From Thermincola sp. (lineage in GTDB: Bacteria > Bacillota > Thermincolia > Thermincolales > UBA2595), in NCBI GenBank assembly GCA_022735835.1, contig DYZU01000164.1, positions 1 to 52,424 of the forward strand: a stretch of 52,424 bases of DNA, in the 5' to 3' direction. The position numbers and the translations under genes are program-made. Below the pieces are notes generated by a model that was not told where the DNA came from, searched no databases, and was given only the letters and a program-made list of their open reading frames with translations. This document shows, piece by piece, positions 8,906 to 18,256 of this stretch; the first letter of the stretch is position 1, and every line of letters starts with the position of its first letter.

Positions 8906-10972
8906 CTCCTCGGTTGCTTCATCCATCGTATCATTTGCCGGTTCGCTTCTTTCAACTGCTTCGGCTATTTCTTTTTTCAGCTCTTCTCCCAGTGATTCAC
9001 CGAGTGTCGGGCCCGGGGTTTCTTCCAGTTGGGCCTGGTGTCTCTTAAGCTCAGCATCACTTTCGGTTTTTTCTTTTCCTGTTTTTAGTTCCTTTACAGA
9101 AAGGCTGATCTTATGCTTTTCAGGATCAATATCAATTACTTTAGCTGTAATTTCCTCCCCTGCATTAACAACTTCGCCCGGGGTACCCAACCTTTTTTCG
9201 GAAAGCTGGGATATGTGCACCAGGGCATCAACTCCCGGCTCCAATTCAACGAAGGCCCCGAAAGGTGCCAGCCTGACGACTTTGCCGGTGACCGTCTGGC
9301 CCACACTGTATTTTTCGGAAATATTGTGCCACGGGCTCGGTATAATCTTTTTCAGGCTCAGGGAAACTTTTTCGTGCTCCTTATCCACACTCAAAATAAA
9401 GACTTCTATCTCGTCATTCTCTTTCAGTATTTCAGAAGGATGAGCAATCCTGTACCAGGCCATTTCCGAAACATGCAGCAAACCGTCAATGCCGCCCAGG
9501 TCCACAAAGGCCCCAAAGTTGGTAAGTCTGCGGACAATTCCCTTCCGGACCTGGCCTTCTTCGATCTCTTCCCATAAAGCCGCTCTTTTCTGCCGGTATT
9601 CTTCTTCAAGAACTGCTTTTCTTGAAAGGATGATTTTTTTTGCTTCCCTCTTGACTTCAATCACCAGGGCCTTCAGTTTTTCCCCCACATATTTCGAGAG
9701 GTCTTCCACATAGCCGCGTTCTACCAGGGAAGCAGGCATAAAACCCTGGACGCCCACATCTACCAGTAACCCCCCTTTAACTACTTCAGTTACAAACCCT
9801 TCTACGGGGGTCTTGTTGAGCATCGCCTCTTTTAATGTGTCCCAGGCTTTTTCGGCATCGGCTTTTCTCTTGGAAAGCAGGATCTTCCCTTCATCGTCTT
9901 TCACGCTTATTACGGCAACTTCCACCTGTTCTCCTATTCTGAACATTTCCCTGGGTGATCTGAGTTCGCAGCAGGAAATTTCCCGGAGAGGAATAACCCC
10001 TTCGGATTTTCCTCCCACATCGACCAGCACCTCATCGTCGCCTACCTGGACCACAGTTCCTTTTATAATATCTCCCCGATGAAGCTCCTTCACGGCCAGA
10101 GCTTCCTCCAGTTGCCTTTTTTCGGTTTCCTGGTTAGTGATCTCTTCCATGTAACTTTTGACCTCCTCAATTATCCAATCCGGAGTTGACGCCCCGGCGG
10201 TAATACCGATTAGTTTTTTGCCTGTTAGCCAGTGTTTTTTAATTTCATCGGCAGTTTCAATGTGATAGGTCCGTGTCCCGGTATTAGCGCAAAGACGGGC
10301 CAGTTTCTGGGTATTTGCACTGTTTTTCCCGCCGATCACAATCATTACATCCACTTTTTTGGCCAGCTCAACAGCGGCATCCTGGCGGTCTTTGGTGGCA
10401 TTGCAGATGGTGTTGTACACCTTTACATCCTCGGCCCTGTCCTGCAAAACCGAAACAATCTGCTCAAAGTTCTCTTCCGGTTGGGTTGTTTGGCTGATGA
10501 TCCCTATTTTCTTAAACGGCTGGAGTTTTTCCGCCTGCTCGGGAGTTTCTATAACTATCGCCTGCTGGCCTGTCCACCCTATTATTCCGGTAACCTCGGG
10601 GTGCTCCCTGTCTCCCACGACTACAACCTGGTACCCCTGTTCGTTAAGCTCCTTGGCCAGCTTCTGCGCCTTTTTCACAAAGGGGCAGGTAGCGTCTACT
10701 ATCTGCAGACCCAGTTCGTTAGCCTTATTAAATATTTCCGGGCCTACTCCGTGTGACCTGACAATAATGACCCCTTCATCAGGTATCTCTGAAAGGTCTT
10801 TCACAACCTTAATGCCTTTTTGGGACAAATCCTCAACTACCTGCGGGTTATGGATCAGAGGACCGAGTGTGTATATCTTTTTGTTGGTTTCCCTGGCCGT
10901 TTTCATCGCCAGGTCCAATGCTCTCTTGACCCCAAAACAAAACCCCGCCTTGGGCGCAAGGATTGTTTCCAT
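8894..10972 (-). CDS. ispH: Bifunctional 4-hydroxy-3-methylbut-2-enyl diphosphate reductase (IspH/LytB) fused to ribosomal protein S1-like repeats
   Basis: The N-terminal ~280 aa is IspH-like (GFCFGVKRA, ATCPFV, SSNT-like GGKNSANT). The C-terminal ~400 aa carries four S1 RNA-binding repeats (e.g. GTVVQVGDDEVLVDVGGKSEGVIP). Confidence 0.9.
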   Translation of the reverse strand: METILAPKAGFCFGVKRALDLAMKTARETNKKIYTLGPLIHNPQVVEDLSQKGIKVVKDLSEIPDEGVIIVRSHGVGPEIFNKANELGLQIVDATCPFVKKAQKLAKELNEQGYQVVVVGDREHPEVTGIIGWTGQQAIVIETPEQAEKLQPFKKIGIISQTTQPEENFEQIVSVLQDRAEDVKVYNTICNATKDRQDAAVELAKKVDVMIVIGGKNSANTQKLARLCANTGTRTYHIETADEIKKHWLTGKKLIGITAGASTPDWIIEEVKSYMEEITNQETEKRQLEEALAVKELHRGDIIKGTVVQVGDDEVLVDVGGKSEGVIPLREISCCELRSPREMFRIGEQVEVAVISVKDDEGKILLSKRKADAEKAWDTLKEAMLNKTPVEGFVTEVVKGGLLVDVGVQGFMPASLVERGYVEDLSKYVGEKLKALVIEVKREAKKIILSRKAVLEEEYRQKRAALWEEIEEGQVRKGIVRRLTNFGAFVDLGGIDGLLHVSEMAWYRIAHPSEILKENDEIEVFILSVDKEHEKVSLSLKKIIPSPWHNISEKYSVGQTVTGKVVRLAPFGAFVELEPGVDALVHISQLSEKRLGTPGEVVNAGEEITAKVIDIDPEKHKISLSVKELKTGKEKTESDAELKRHQAQLEETPGPTLGESLGEELKKEIAEAVERSEPANDTMDEATEEEGH

Positions 10973-11119
10973 CCTATCACCTCAAAAAATCCGTGGGATT
11001 GTCATTAGTCCGGACTACCATTAGTATTGTATATGGACGCAGTCTTAATGTGTTTATTTCTAGATAAAAACACAAATTCCTCCAAGACAATTATGAAAGC
11101 ATGATCCGTGACCATTTAA

Positions 11120-11140
11120 ACAAAAAAGGCGGAGCGCCTT
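11120..11140 (-). terminator. Terminator after cmk (bidirectional-looking)
   Basis: Hairpin AAGGCG-gag-CGCCTT (11126-11140) flanked by an A-run on one side and a T-run on the other. Confidence 0.6.
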
Positions 11141-11156
11141 TATTTTTTGTTAATGA

Positions 11157-11843
11157 TCAGTTTATTGTTTGTTGTTCAATGCATTCTTTGATTTTTTGCA
11201 CCACTTCGTCAAAGCTCATCTCGGAAGTGTCAATTAATATAGCACCCTCGGCCTGTATCAAAGGGGCCATTTCTCTGGTGCTGTCAATTTTATCCCGCCA
11301 GGCAATTTCCTGTTCCAGTTGAGTCAGGTCAACTTCGTAACCGGCATCCCGGAGGTCCCTGGCCCGCCTTCTGGCCCTCTCGGCCGCGGAAGCAGTAAGG
11401 AAGATTTTGCAGTCGGCATCTGGCAGGACATACGAACCGATATCCCTTCCGTCCATGATGATACCTCCTCCTTTGGCCAGTTCCCGCTGCAGCCGGACCA
11501 TTTCCAGCCTGACCCCGGGTACCTTGGCCACCAGCGAAACGTTTTGCGAAACTCTGGGCGACCGGATCTCGGCTGAAACATCTTCGCCGTCCATATAAAT
11601 AATCTGGGTATGGTCACAGTACGAAATTTTGATGTCGGTTTTCTTAGCCAATTCAGTCAGAGCCTGTTCGTCTTTCATGCTGATTCCCTGTCTCAGCGCT
11701 TTTAAGGTTACTGCCCTGTACATGGCCCCTGTATCTATGTAGATGTACCCCAACTCTTTCGAAACCTGCCTGGCCACCGTACTTTTTCCGGCGCCGGCGG
11801 GGCCGTCAATTGCCACCACAGGCTTCCTGCCGTTTCGCTGCAT
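11157..11843 (-). CDS. cmk: Cytidylate kinase
   Basis: P-loop IDGPAGAGKST and Cmk-like length and sequence. Confidence 0.9.
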   Translation of the reverse strand: MQRNGRKPVVAIDGPAGAGKSTVARQVSKELGYIYIDTGAMYRAVTLKALRQGISMKDEQALTELAKKTDIKISYCDHTQIIYMDGEDVSAEIRSPRVSQNVSLVAKVPGVRLEMVRLQRELAKGGGIIMDGRDIGSYVLPDADCKIFLTASAAERARRRARDLRDAGYEVDLTQLEQEIAWRDKIDSTREMAPLIQAEGAILIDTSEMSFDEVVQKIKECIEQQTIN

Positions 11844-12032
11844 TATTTCACTCCTTACCTAAACAGATTGCTGCTGAAAATAAAAACGCAGATAATTCTT
11901 TTCGACAAAAACCCGGATTTTCCTTTTGCAAACTAGAGTTTTGTGTTTTTCCTTTTTTCAAACAGTTCTCCTATGCAGGAACTCCTGATTACATAACGAA
12001 ATCTATTCTCTGAAAGGAGTGCTTATCCGCAG

Positions 12033-12833
12033 GTGAGCAGACATTTTTTCGTGTTAGTGAAAATCCTGACGTTAATCGTCTTTATACTTTCTGTTCCGGG
12101 ATGTGGGAATAAATCCTCACCGGATCAAAATAAGACCGTTTCCGCCACCCAACTTGTGGCCGATTCCCTGAATGTGATGAAAAATGCTGATTCATACCGC
12201 TTTCATGGCGTCGGCAAGGTCCAGTATATAGGTATTGGCGGCTACGGAGAGTTCACCGCCACAGGTGCATACAAGTCTCCGGGTTATTCTCACATGAAAA
12301 TGAAAATGAAACTTGGTAAGGCAAATTACCATTCGGAAACCTTTTACAAAAAAGACGCCATATATCTATTATCTAACGAATACTGGAGAAAAGTGCCTTT
12401 TGACCCTAACACCCTGATCCAGCCCGGATATAAACCCGTACACGCTCTCCTGGCCCAAGTGCCGGAAATCTCCTTAAATGCGGTTTTTCTGAAAGACGAT
12501 GTTATTAACGGTAAAAAAGTCAAGGTGGTCAGAATCCTGTCTAATTCCAAAAAGTTTAAACTTTTCCTGCAAAAACAGCTTCACAAGACAATCTCCCGGG
12601 AACCGGACAGGCGCCAGGAACTGACCAATTTTCTCAAAAACTGTTCAGTATTGCAGAACTATACGTTATACATTGACCCTGAGACTAAATACATTGTAAG
12701 GATATTGTTCCGCCAAAACGTAAGAATCTCTCTGGCTAACAAAAAAACCGAAACACATATGGATGCGGATTATACTATTTATGACTTCGGGTCTGGTGTG
12801 GACTTGCCTTCCCTTCCCATCAAAATAAAATAA
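12033..12833 (+). CDS. Putative lipoprotein of unknown function
   Basis: Signal peptide with lipobox (LSVPGC at residues 20-25). One of the few plus-strand genes. No catalytic motif recognised. Confidence 0.6.
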   Translation: MSRHFFVLVKILTLIVFILSVPGCGNKSSPDQNKTVSATQLVADSLNVMKNADSYRFHGVGKVQYIGIGGYGEFTATGAYKSPGYSHMKMKMKLGKANYHSETFYKKDAIYLLSNEYWRKVPFDPNTLIQPGYKPVHALLAQVPEISLNAVFLKDDVINGKKVKVVRILSNSKKFKLFLQKQLHKTISREPDRRQELTNFLKNCSVLQNYTLYIDPETKYIVRILFRQNVRISLANKKTETHMDADYTIYDFGSGVDLPSLPIKIK

Positions 12834-12847
12834 CATATCCTTATTTT

Positions 12848-14170
12848 TTATTTTATTAATTCTTTTAAAACCTTTTCAAAACCGGGAAATGAAACATCAA
12901 TACATTCTGCGTTCTTCACCGTGGTTTTACCGTCGGCCACCAATCCTGCTATAGCCATTGACATAGCGACGCGATGGTCCCCGTGGCTTTCGCAGATGGT
13001 TCCCGTGAGGGCCGAACCACCGTTTATAATCATGCCGTCTTTTAGTTCTTTAACCTCAACACCCATTTTACGCAGTTCGCCGGCCATGGTCGAGATCCTG
13101 TCGGTCTCTTTTACTTTTAGTTCAGCCGCATCTCTGATAATCGTTTCTCCTTTTGCGACTGCCGCAGCTATGGTTATAACGGGAATTTCATCAATCAGCC
13201 GGGGAATAAGGGAGCCTTCTATTACCGTCCCCTGAAGGTCGCCGCCCTGAATTACTATATCCCCGACCGGCTCACCGTTGACTATGTCCTCATTAAGTAT
13301 TTTTAAATCTGCCCCCATGCTGCGCAGCACGTCAATAATGCCTGTTCGCGTAGAGTTAATGCCGACCCGGTTTATTCTCAGCCGGGAACCCGGAATTATA
13401 GCTGCAGCCACCATAAAAAAGGCCGCTGAGGATATATCCCCCGGAACTTCCACCGGTCTCCCCTCCAGACTGGGATTCCCCGTGATCTTAACCACCTGGT
13501 CTTTTACTTCAATATCGGCTCCCAGGTAAGAAAGCATCCTTTCCGTGTGGTCTCTCGATTTCTGCGGCTCCCAGACGGTTGTCTGGCCGTTGGCATAAAG
13601 CCCGGCCAGTAGAACCGCCGATTTAACCTGGGCGCTGGCCACAGCCGAAACAAATTTTATCGGTCTTAAAACCCGGCCCTGAATGGCAATAGGGGCCAGG
13701 GTGCCGTTTTGCCTTCCGTTAATGCTGGCTCCCATCTCTCTAAGCGGCTCTATTACCCTGCCCATCGGTCTTTTGCGAATTGAGCCGTCTCCTGTTACTG
13801 TGGAAAAAAAAGGCTGGCCCGCCAAAATTCCCATCATCAGCCTGATAGTTGTCCCCGAATTCCCGACGTTCAGGACATCTTCGGGTTCCCGCAGGCCGTG
13901 CAGGCCTCTTCCCTTCACTGTAATGGTATTGTTGCCTTCCTGAACAAACTCGATTCCCATGGCCTGGAAGCACTCAATGGTACTCAGGCAGTCAGCCCCC
14001 ATTAAAAAATTGCTGATCTTCGTGACCCCTGTGGCCAGAGAACCCAACATTACTGCCCGGTGGGATATGGATTTGTCTCCGGGGACCTCTATTTGACCTA
14101 CCAGTTTTTTTGATTTGCTGACCTGCAGATGCAAGGGCAACCCCTCCTGCTTTCTATCTTTTCTTAACAC
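12848..14170 (-). CDS. aroA: 3-phosphoshikimate 1-carboxyvinyltransferase (EPSP synthase)
   Basis: VPGDKSISHRA, GNSGTTIRL and RPM-type motifs. 440 aa. Confidence 0.92.
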   Translation of the reverse strand: MLRKDRKQEGLPLHLQVSKSKKLVGQIEVPGDKSISHRAVMLGSLATGVTKISNFLMGADCLSTIECFQAMGIEFVQEGNNTITVKGRGLHGLREPEDVLNVGNSGTTIRLMMGILAGQPFFSTVTGDGSIRKRPMGRVIEPLREMGASINGRQNGTLAPIAIQGRVLRPIKFVSAVASAQVKSAVLLAGLYANGQTTVWEPQKSRDHTERMLSYLGADIEVKDQVVKITGNPSLEGRPVEVPGDISSAAFFMVAAAIIPGSRLRINRVGINSTRTGIIDVLRSMGADLKILNEDIVNGEPVGDIVIQGGDLQGTVIEGSLIPRLIDEIPVITIAAAVAKGETIIRDAAELKVKETDRISTMAGELRKMGVEVKELKDGMIINGGSALTGTICESHGDHRVAMSMAIAGLVADGKTTVKNAECIDVSFPGFEKVLKELIK

Positions 14171-15260
14171 TGATTCCTTTTTGTCGGAGTATTTTCACCG
14201 CCCTGGCCTGTTCCTCCTCACTGCCGAAAGCAAGCCTGATGGTTCCTCCTTCTCCTTCCCTGACTCTTAGGATTTCAATATCGTTGATGTTTATTCCCGC
14301 ATCGCCGATATATCCCGCCAGCCTGGCGATAACCCCGGGGCGGTCCGGAACCGTAACAACTATTTCGTGAGCCAGGGGAAGATATCCCCTCAGTTTGGAC
14401 GGGATATTCCCTCTTAATTCACGCGCCCTGGCAAATTCTTCCTCAAGGCCTTTGTCGTCACATTCCTCTATCATCCGGCGGGTTTGGTCCAGAACCTCAC
14501 TGAATTTATCCAGTATAGCGAGGATACTGTTCCGGTTGGAAAGGCAAATATCCTTCCACATCACTGGGTGGCCGGAAGCTATCCTGGTGGTGTCACGGAA
14601 CCCTCCTGCCGCCAGCATCAGTACCCTGTCATGCTCTTTCTGCACCTCACCTACCGTATTTACCAGCGCGGCAGCTACCAGGTGAGGAAGATGACTGACA
14701 GCCGCTACCATCAAATCATGTTCCTGCGGGTCCATTTCAATTGCCTTGGCCCCCAGGGCACAAACCAGGCTTTTGACTTTGTCAATGGCCTTCCGGTCAG
14801 TTTTGCCGGACGGGGTCAATATATATACCGCGTTTTCGAACAGGTATCTATCCGCTCCCCTGACTCCGGCCGTCTCAGATCCGGTCATGGGATGTCCACC
14901 TACAAAATAAGCGCCGGGAGGCATTATCCTGTCCGCCTCCCTTACAATCTCCGCTTTTGTGCTGCCGACATCGGTAACAATACACCCCTGTTTTATGATG
15001 GGGGCTATTTTGCGGAGAATATCCACCGTTAACCCTACAGGTGTGGCAATTATAACCAGGTCTGAATCCGTTACGGCTGTTCCGGGGTCAGATGCTCCTT
15101 CGTGAATTGCCTCTGTTTCAAGGGCCAGCTTCAGGCTGTCGGTTTCAATATCCACCCCGACCACCTTTAGGGCCAAACTGCGGCTTACGAGGGCCATTCC
15201 CAATGACCCTCCTATAAGCCCGACACCTATTATAGTAACTTGATTGAACAAAGGCTGCAT
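14154..15260 (-). CDS. tyrA: Prephenate dehydrogenase with C-terminal ACT domain
   Basis: Rossmann motif IIGVGLIGGSLG, HPMTGSE motif and a C-terminal ACT-like ~70 aa. GGAGG lies 9 nt upstream of the ATG at 15260. The ORF is open to 15293. Confidence 0.85.
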   Translation of the reverse strand: MQPLFNQVTIIGVGLIGGSLGMALVSRSLALKVVGVDIETDSLKLALETEAIHEGASDPGTAVTDSDLVIIATPVGLTVDILRKIAPIIKQGCIVTDVGSTKAEIVREADRIMPPGAYFVGGHPMTGSETAGVRGADRYLFENAVYILTPSGKTDRKAIDKVKSLVCALGAKAIEMDPQEHDLMVAAVSHLPHLVAAALVNTVGEVQKEHDRVLMLAAGGFRDTTRIASGHPVMWKDICLSNRNSILAILDKFSEVLDQTRRMIEECDDKGLEEEFARARELRGNIPSKLRGYLPLAHEIVVTVPDRPGVIARLAGYIGDAGININDIEILRVREGEGGTIRLAFGSEEEQARAVKILRQKGISVKKR

Positions 15261-15311
15261 GTAAACCGTCCTCCAGGAGTTTTCTTTGATCAATTAATCC
15301 CGGCAATCCCT

Positions 15312-16325
15312 TCACACAGTCCTGCCCATTACTTCTGCTACCTTCCTGATATCCTTCATCAATGCTGCAAAGTTTTCGGGGGTAAGGGACTGCGGGCCGT
15401 CGCAAAGAGCCTGGGCAGGGTTGGGATGAACTTCAATCAGCAGCCCGTCGGCTCCGGCAGCGATAGCCGCCATAGCCATAGGTTTGATAAACTTCCACTT
15501 GCCGGTGGCATGGCTGGGGTCAACAATCACCGGCAGGTGTGAATGGTGTTTGGCAACGGGAACCGCACTGAGGTCGAGAGTATTCCTCAGGTACGGCTCA
15601 AATGTGCGTATTCCCCGCTCACACAGGATCACATTATAGTTGCCGCCAGACATCAGGTATTCAGCCGCCATCAGCCATTCTTCCACAGTTGCCGACGGTC
15701 CCCTCTTCAGGACAACGGGTTTATCCACCGTGGCAACTTCCTTCAAAAGAAAGAAGTTCTGCATATTTCTGGCCCCGATTTGCAAAATGTCCGCGTACCT
15801 GGAAACCAGCTCGACAGTCCGGGGATCCACTACCTCCGTAACAATCTTAAGGCCGGTTCTTTCCCTGGCCTCGGCCAGAATTTTAAGGCCTTCTTCTTCC
15901 AGTCCCTGGAAGGCGTAAGGAGACGTCCTGGGTTTAAAAGCCCCGCCTCTTAAGACCGTTGCTCCGGCTTTTCTTACCAAATCCGCGGTTTCCAGCACCT
16001 GTTCCCTGCTTTCGACCGCGCACGGGCCGGCCATCACATGTATCTGGGAGGCGCCAAACTCCAGGTCTCCAACTTTGACGACCGAATCGTGAGTCTTGAA
16101 CTCCCTGCTGACAAGTTTGTACGGCTGCAGGATCGGAACCACTTTTTCGACCCCGGGCATTGCTTCCAGGGCAACTTCATTTAATCTTGTTTTGTCCCCG
16201 ATAGCTCCAATTATTGTACGTTCCACACCTTCGGAAAGATGTATTCTGAAGCCGAGGCTTTCCAGCCTCTCCAGAACCTGGTTGATTTCTTCTTTGGTAG
16301 CGCCGCTGTTCATTACCACAATCAT
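15312..16325 (-). CDS. aroF: 3-deoxy-7-phosphoheptulonate (DAHP) synthase, type I-beta, with N-terminal ferredoxin-like regulatory domain
   Basis: Catalytic core (AGPCAVES, KPRTSPYAFQG, DPSH) preceded by a ~70-aa beta-alpha-beta domain as in the Thermotoga-type regulated enzyme. Confidence 0.85.
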   Translation of the reverse strand: MIVVMNSGATKEEINQVLERLESLGFRIHLSEGVERTIIGAIGDKTRLNEVALEAMPGVEKVVPILQPYKLVSREFKTHDSVVKVGDLEFGASQIHVMAGPCAVESREQVLETADLVRKAGATVLRGGAFKPRTSPYAFQGLEEEGLKILAEARERTGLKIVTEVVDPRTVELVSRYADILQIGARNMQNFFLLKEVATVDKPVVLKRGPSATVEEWLMAAEYLMSGGNYNVILCERGIRTFEPYLRNTLDLSAVPVAKHHSHLPVIVDPSHATGKWKFIKPMAMAAIAAGADGLLIEVHPNPAQALCDGPQSLTPENFAALMKDIRKVAEVMGRTV

Positions 16326-16360
16326 GTTATTACCTCCAAACCGTTCTTACTTCAACTTTG

Positions 16361-16389
16361 CAAAAAGGGCACCCCAAAAAGGAGTGCCC
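16361..16389 (-). terminator. Strong rho-independent terminator between the two DAHP synthase genes
   Basis: Minus strand: GGGCACUCC-uuuuu-GGGGUGCCC (9 bp including one G-U pair) followed by UUUUUG. Confidence 0.75.
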
Positions 16390-16504
16390 GAACTTAACGC
16401 CCACTTTATGACCTCCCTTCCTACCATCCTGCCGGTCTGCTGTTGAAATCTCCATCGCCTGTCTGTCTTTAAAAAAACCCTGCCATACTACATAAAATAT
16501 CCTA

Positions 16505-17359
16505 TCATATTACACTTTTTTTGACAAGAGATTTTGTCTGATACTGGCATTTCCGTCCTACTGCATCCGCCACCGGAACGATTTCATTTATCAGGTCCGC
16601 GAAATTAGCCGGGGTAAGGGACTGACCCCCGTCACACAAGGCTTCGTCCGGACAGGGGTGCACTTCTATGAGCAGACCGTCGGCGCCCGCTGCCACCGCG
16701 GCCTTGGACAAGGGAGACACCATGCCCCATTTTCCCGCAGCGTGGCTCGGGTCCGCGATCACAGGCAAATGGGAAAGGTGTTTTATGGCGGGGATGGCGC
16801 TTATATCAAGGGTATTTCTCGTATGGGTCTCAAAGGTGCGGATCCCTCTTTCACACATTATTACCTGGGAATTGCCTTCCGCCATCACATACTCGGCAGC
16901 CATCAGCCATTCTTCGATAGTAGCCGACAGACCTCTTTTCAAAAGAACCGGTTTGCTGACCCGGCCAACCTCTTTCAGGAGAACGAAATTCTGCATGTTC
17001 CTGCTGCCGATTTGAATAACATCGGCATACCGGGCTACTGTTTCCACATCCCTGGTATCCATCACTTCAGTCACTACAGGCAGTCCGGTAATCCTCCTGG
17101 CTTCCGCCAAAATATCCAGCCCCTCCTCAGCCAGGCCCTGAAATGCATACGGCGAAGTGCGGGGCTTAAAGGCCCCTCCCCGGAGCATCTGGACTCCTAT
17201 CTTTTTCAGCTGGAGCGCAATCTGTATATAACGGTCCCTGTTCTCCACCGCACAGGGTCCGGCAATCACAGTAAGCTGCTCTCCTCCCACAACAACATCC
17301 CCAATAGTAACAAGGGTATTGTCTTTTTTTGTCTTTCTGCTGGCCAACCTGTATCCCAT
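16505..17359 (-). CDS. aroF: DAHP synthase, type I-beta core-only paralogue (no regulatory domain)
   Basis: Same catalytic motifs (AGPCAVEN, KPRTSPYAFQG, DPSH), but only a ~25-aa N-terminal tail precedes the barrel. It is the last gene of the trp operon. Confidence 0.8.
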   Translation of the reverse strand: MGYRLASRKTKKDNTLVTIGDVVVGGEQLTVIAGPCAVENRDRYIQIALQLKKIGVQMLRGGAFKPRTSPYAFQGLAEEGLDILAEARRITGLPVVTEVMDTRDVETVARYADVIQIGSRNMQNFVLLKEVGRVSKPVLLKRGLSATIEEWLMAAEYVMAEGNSQVIMCERGIRTFETHTRNTLDISAIPAIKHLSHLPVIADPSHAAGKWGMVSPLSKAAVAAGADGLLIEVHPCPDEALCDGGQSLTPANFADLINEIVPVADAVGRKCQYQTKSLVKKSVI

Positions 17360-17365
17360 TTTATG

Positions 17366-18256
17366 TTACCTCCCGGAAAGCGAAACTCTTTTCTCATTAT
17401 TATCGCTTTTCAGCGGTTCTTTCAGGTTTTTCACCATTTTATAGACAGAGTCTGTCAAAGCGGGTGATTTACCCTTATCACCGATATTTTTTACTAAAGC
17501 GCTGCCAACTATTACAGCGTCACAATACTGAGATATCACTGCCACCTGCTCGGCGGTGGATATGCCGAAACCTACCGCCAGCGGCGCCCTGGTACAGCTG
17601 CGGACTGTATCCAGGAAGCTTTTCAGGTTATCCGGAAGTTCATCCCTGATCCCGGTAACTCCCGTAAGGGAAACGCAATAAACAAAACCCTTCGCGTTCT
17701 CCGTAATTTTGGCTATTCTGTCCCGGCCGCTGGTAGGAGCCACCAGGGGAATCAAATATAATCCTTTATTGTTCAAATAAACGGAAAACTCTGCGGACTC
17801 TTCCATGGGCAGGTCCGGGACTATAAACCCGTCAACTCCCGCGTCCGCCGCGTCCGAAGCTGTTTTTTCCAGGCCGTATTTCAACAACGGGTTGTAATAC
17901 GTCATCAGAATAAGCGGGATCTGGGTTTTTTGGCGCAGCCGGGAAACGGTTTGCAAAATTTTTTTCAGGTTGGTCCCGGCTTTCAGCGCCCGCTGGGACG
18001 CCTGCTGGATGACCGGACCGTCTGCCAGCGGGTCAGAGTATGGTACTCCCAGTTCAACTATGTCAGCCCCGGCTTTTTCCAGGGTCAGAACCAGTTCTTC
18101 GGTAGTGGCCAGGTCCGGGTCACCGGCTGTTAGAAATGTAATTAAGGCTTTCTCTTTCTTTCGGATTAATTCGGAAAATTTTTCTGAAATCCTGTTCTTC
18201 AAGTTCGTTTTCTTTTCTGCCTCGAAATGCGGCTGGCAGCCAAATTTCTTACACAT
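17366..18256 (-). CDS. trpA: Tryptophan synthase alpha chain
   Basis: TAGDPD and GVPYSDPLADGP motifs. The ATG directly abuts the trpB TAA (TAAATG). Confidence 0.9.
   Translation of the reverse strand: MCKKFGCQPHFEAEKKTNLKNRISEKFSELIRKKEKALITFLTAGDPDLATTEELVLTLEKAGADIVELGVPYSDPLADGPVIQQASQRALKAGTNLKKILQTVSRLRQKTQIPLILMTYYNPLLKYGLEKTASDAADAGVDGFIVPDLPMEESAEFSVYLNNKGLYLIPLVAPTSGRDRIAKITENAKGFVYCVSLTGVTGIRDELPDNLKSFLDTVRSCTRAPLAVGFGISTAEQVAVISQYCDAVIVGSALVKNIGDKGKSPALTDSVYKMVKNLKEPLKSDNNEKRVSLSGR

Noticed and set aside
12834-12847. AT-rich palindrome (AAAATAAAATAA...TTATTTTTTATTTT) between the convergent lipoprotein and aroA genes as a bidirectional terminator.
   Set aside because: The stem would be purely A-T and very weak, so I cannot support it as a terminator from sequence alone.
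16658-17467. Long ORFs antisense to well-supported genes, for example 29..775(+), 2675..3415(+), 10359..11024(+), 16658..17467(+), 41662..42540(+), 28236..28745(-) and 29280..29837(-).
   Set aside because: Each lies entirely opposite a gene with clear family motifs. Their composition is low-complexity and rich in Pro, Ser and Arg, as is typical of shadow frames, and they lack ribosome-binding sites.
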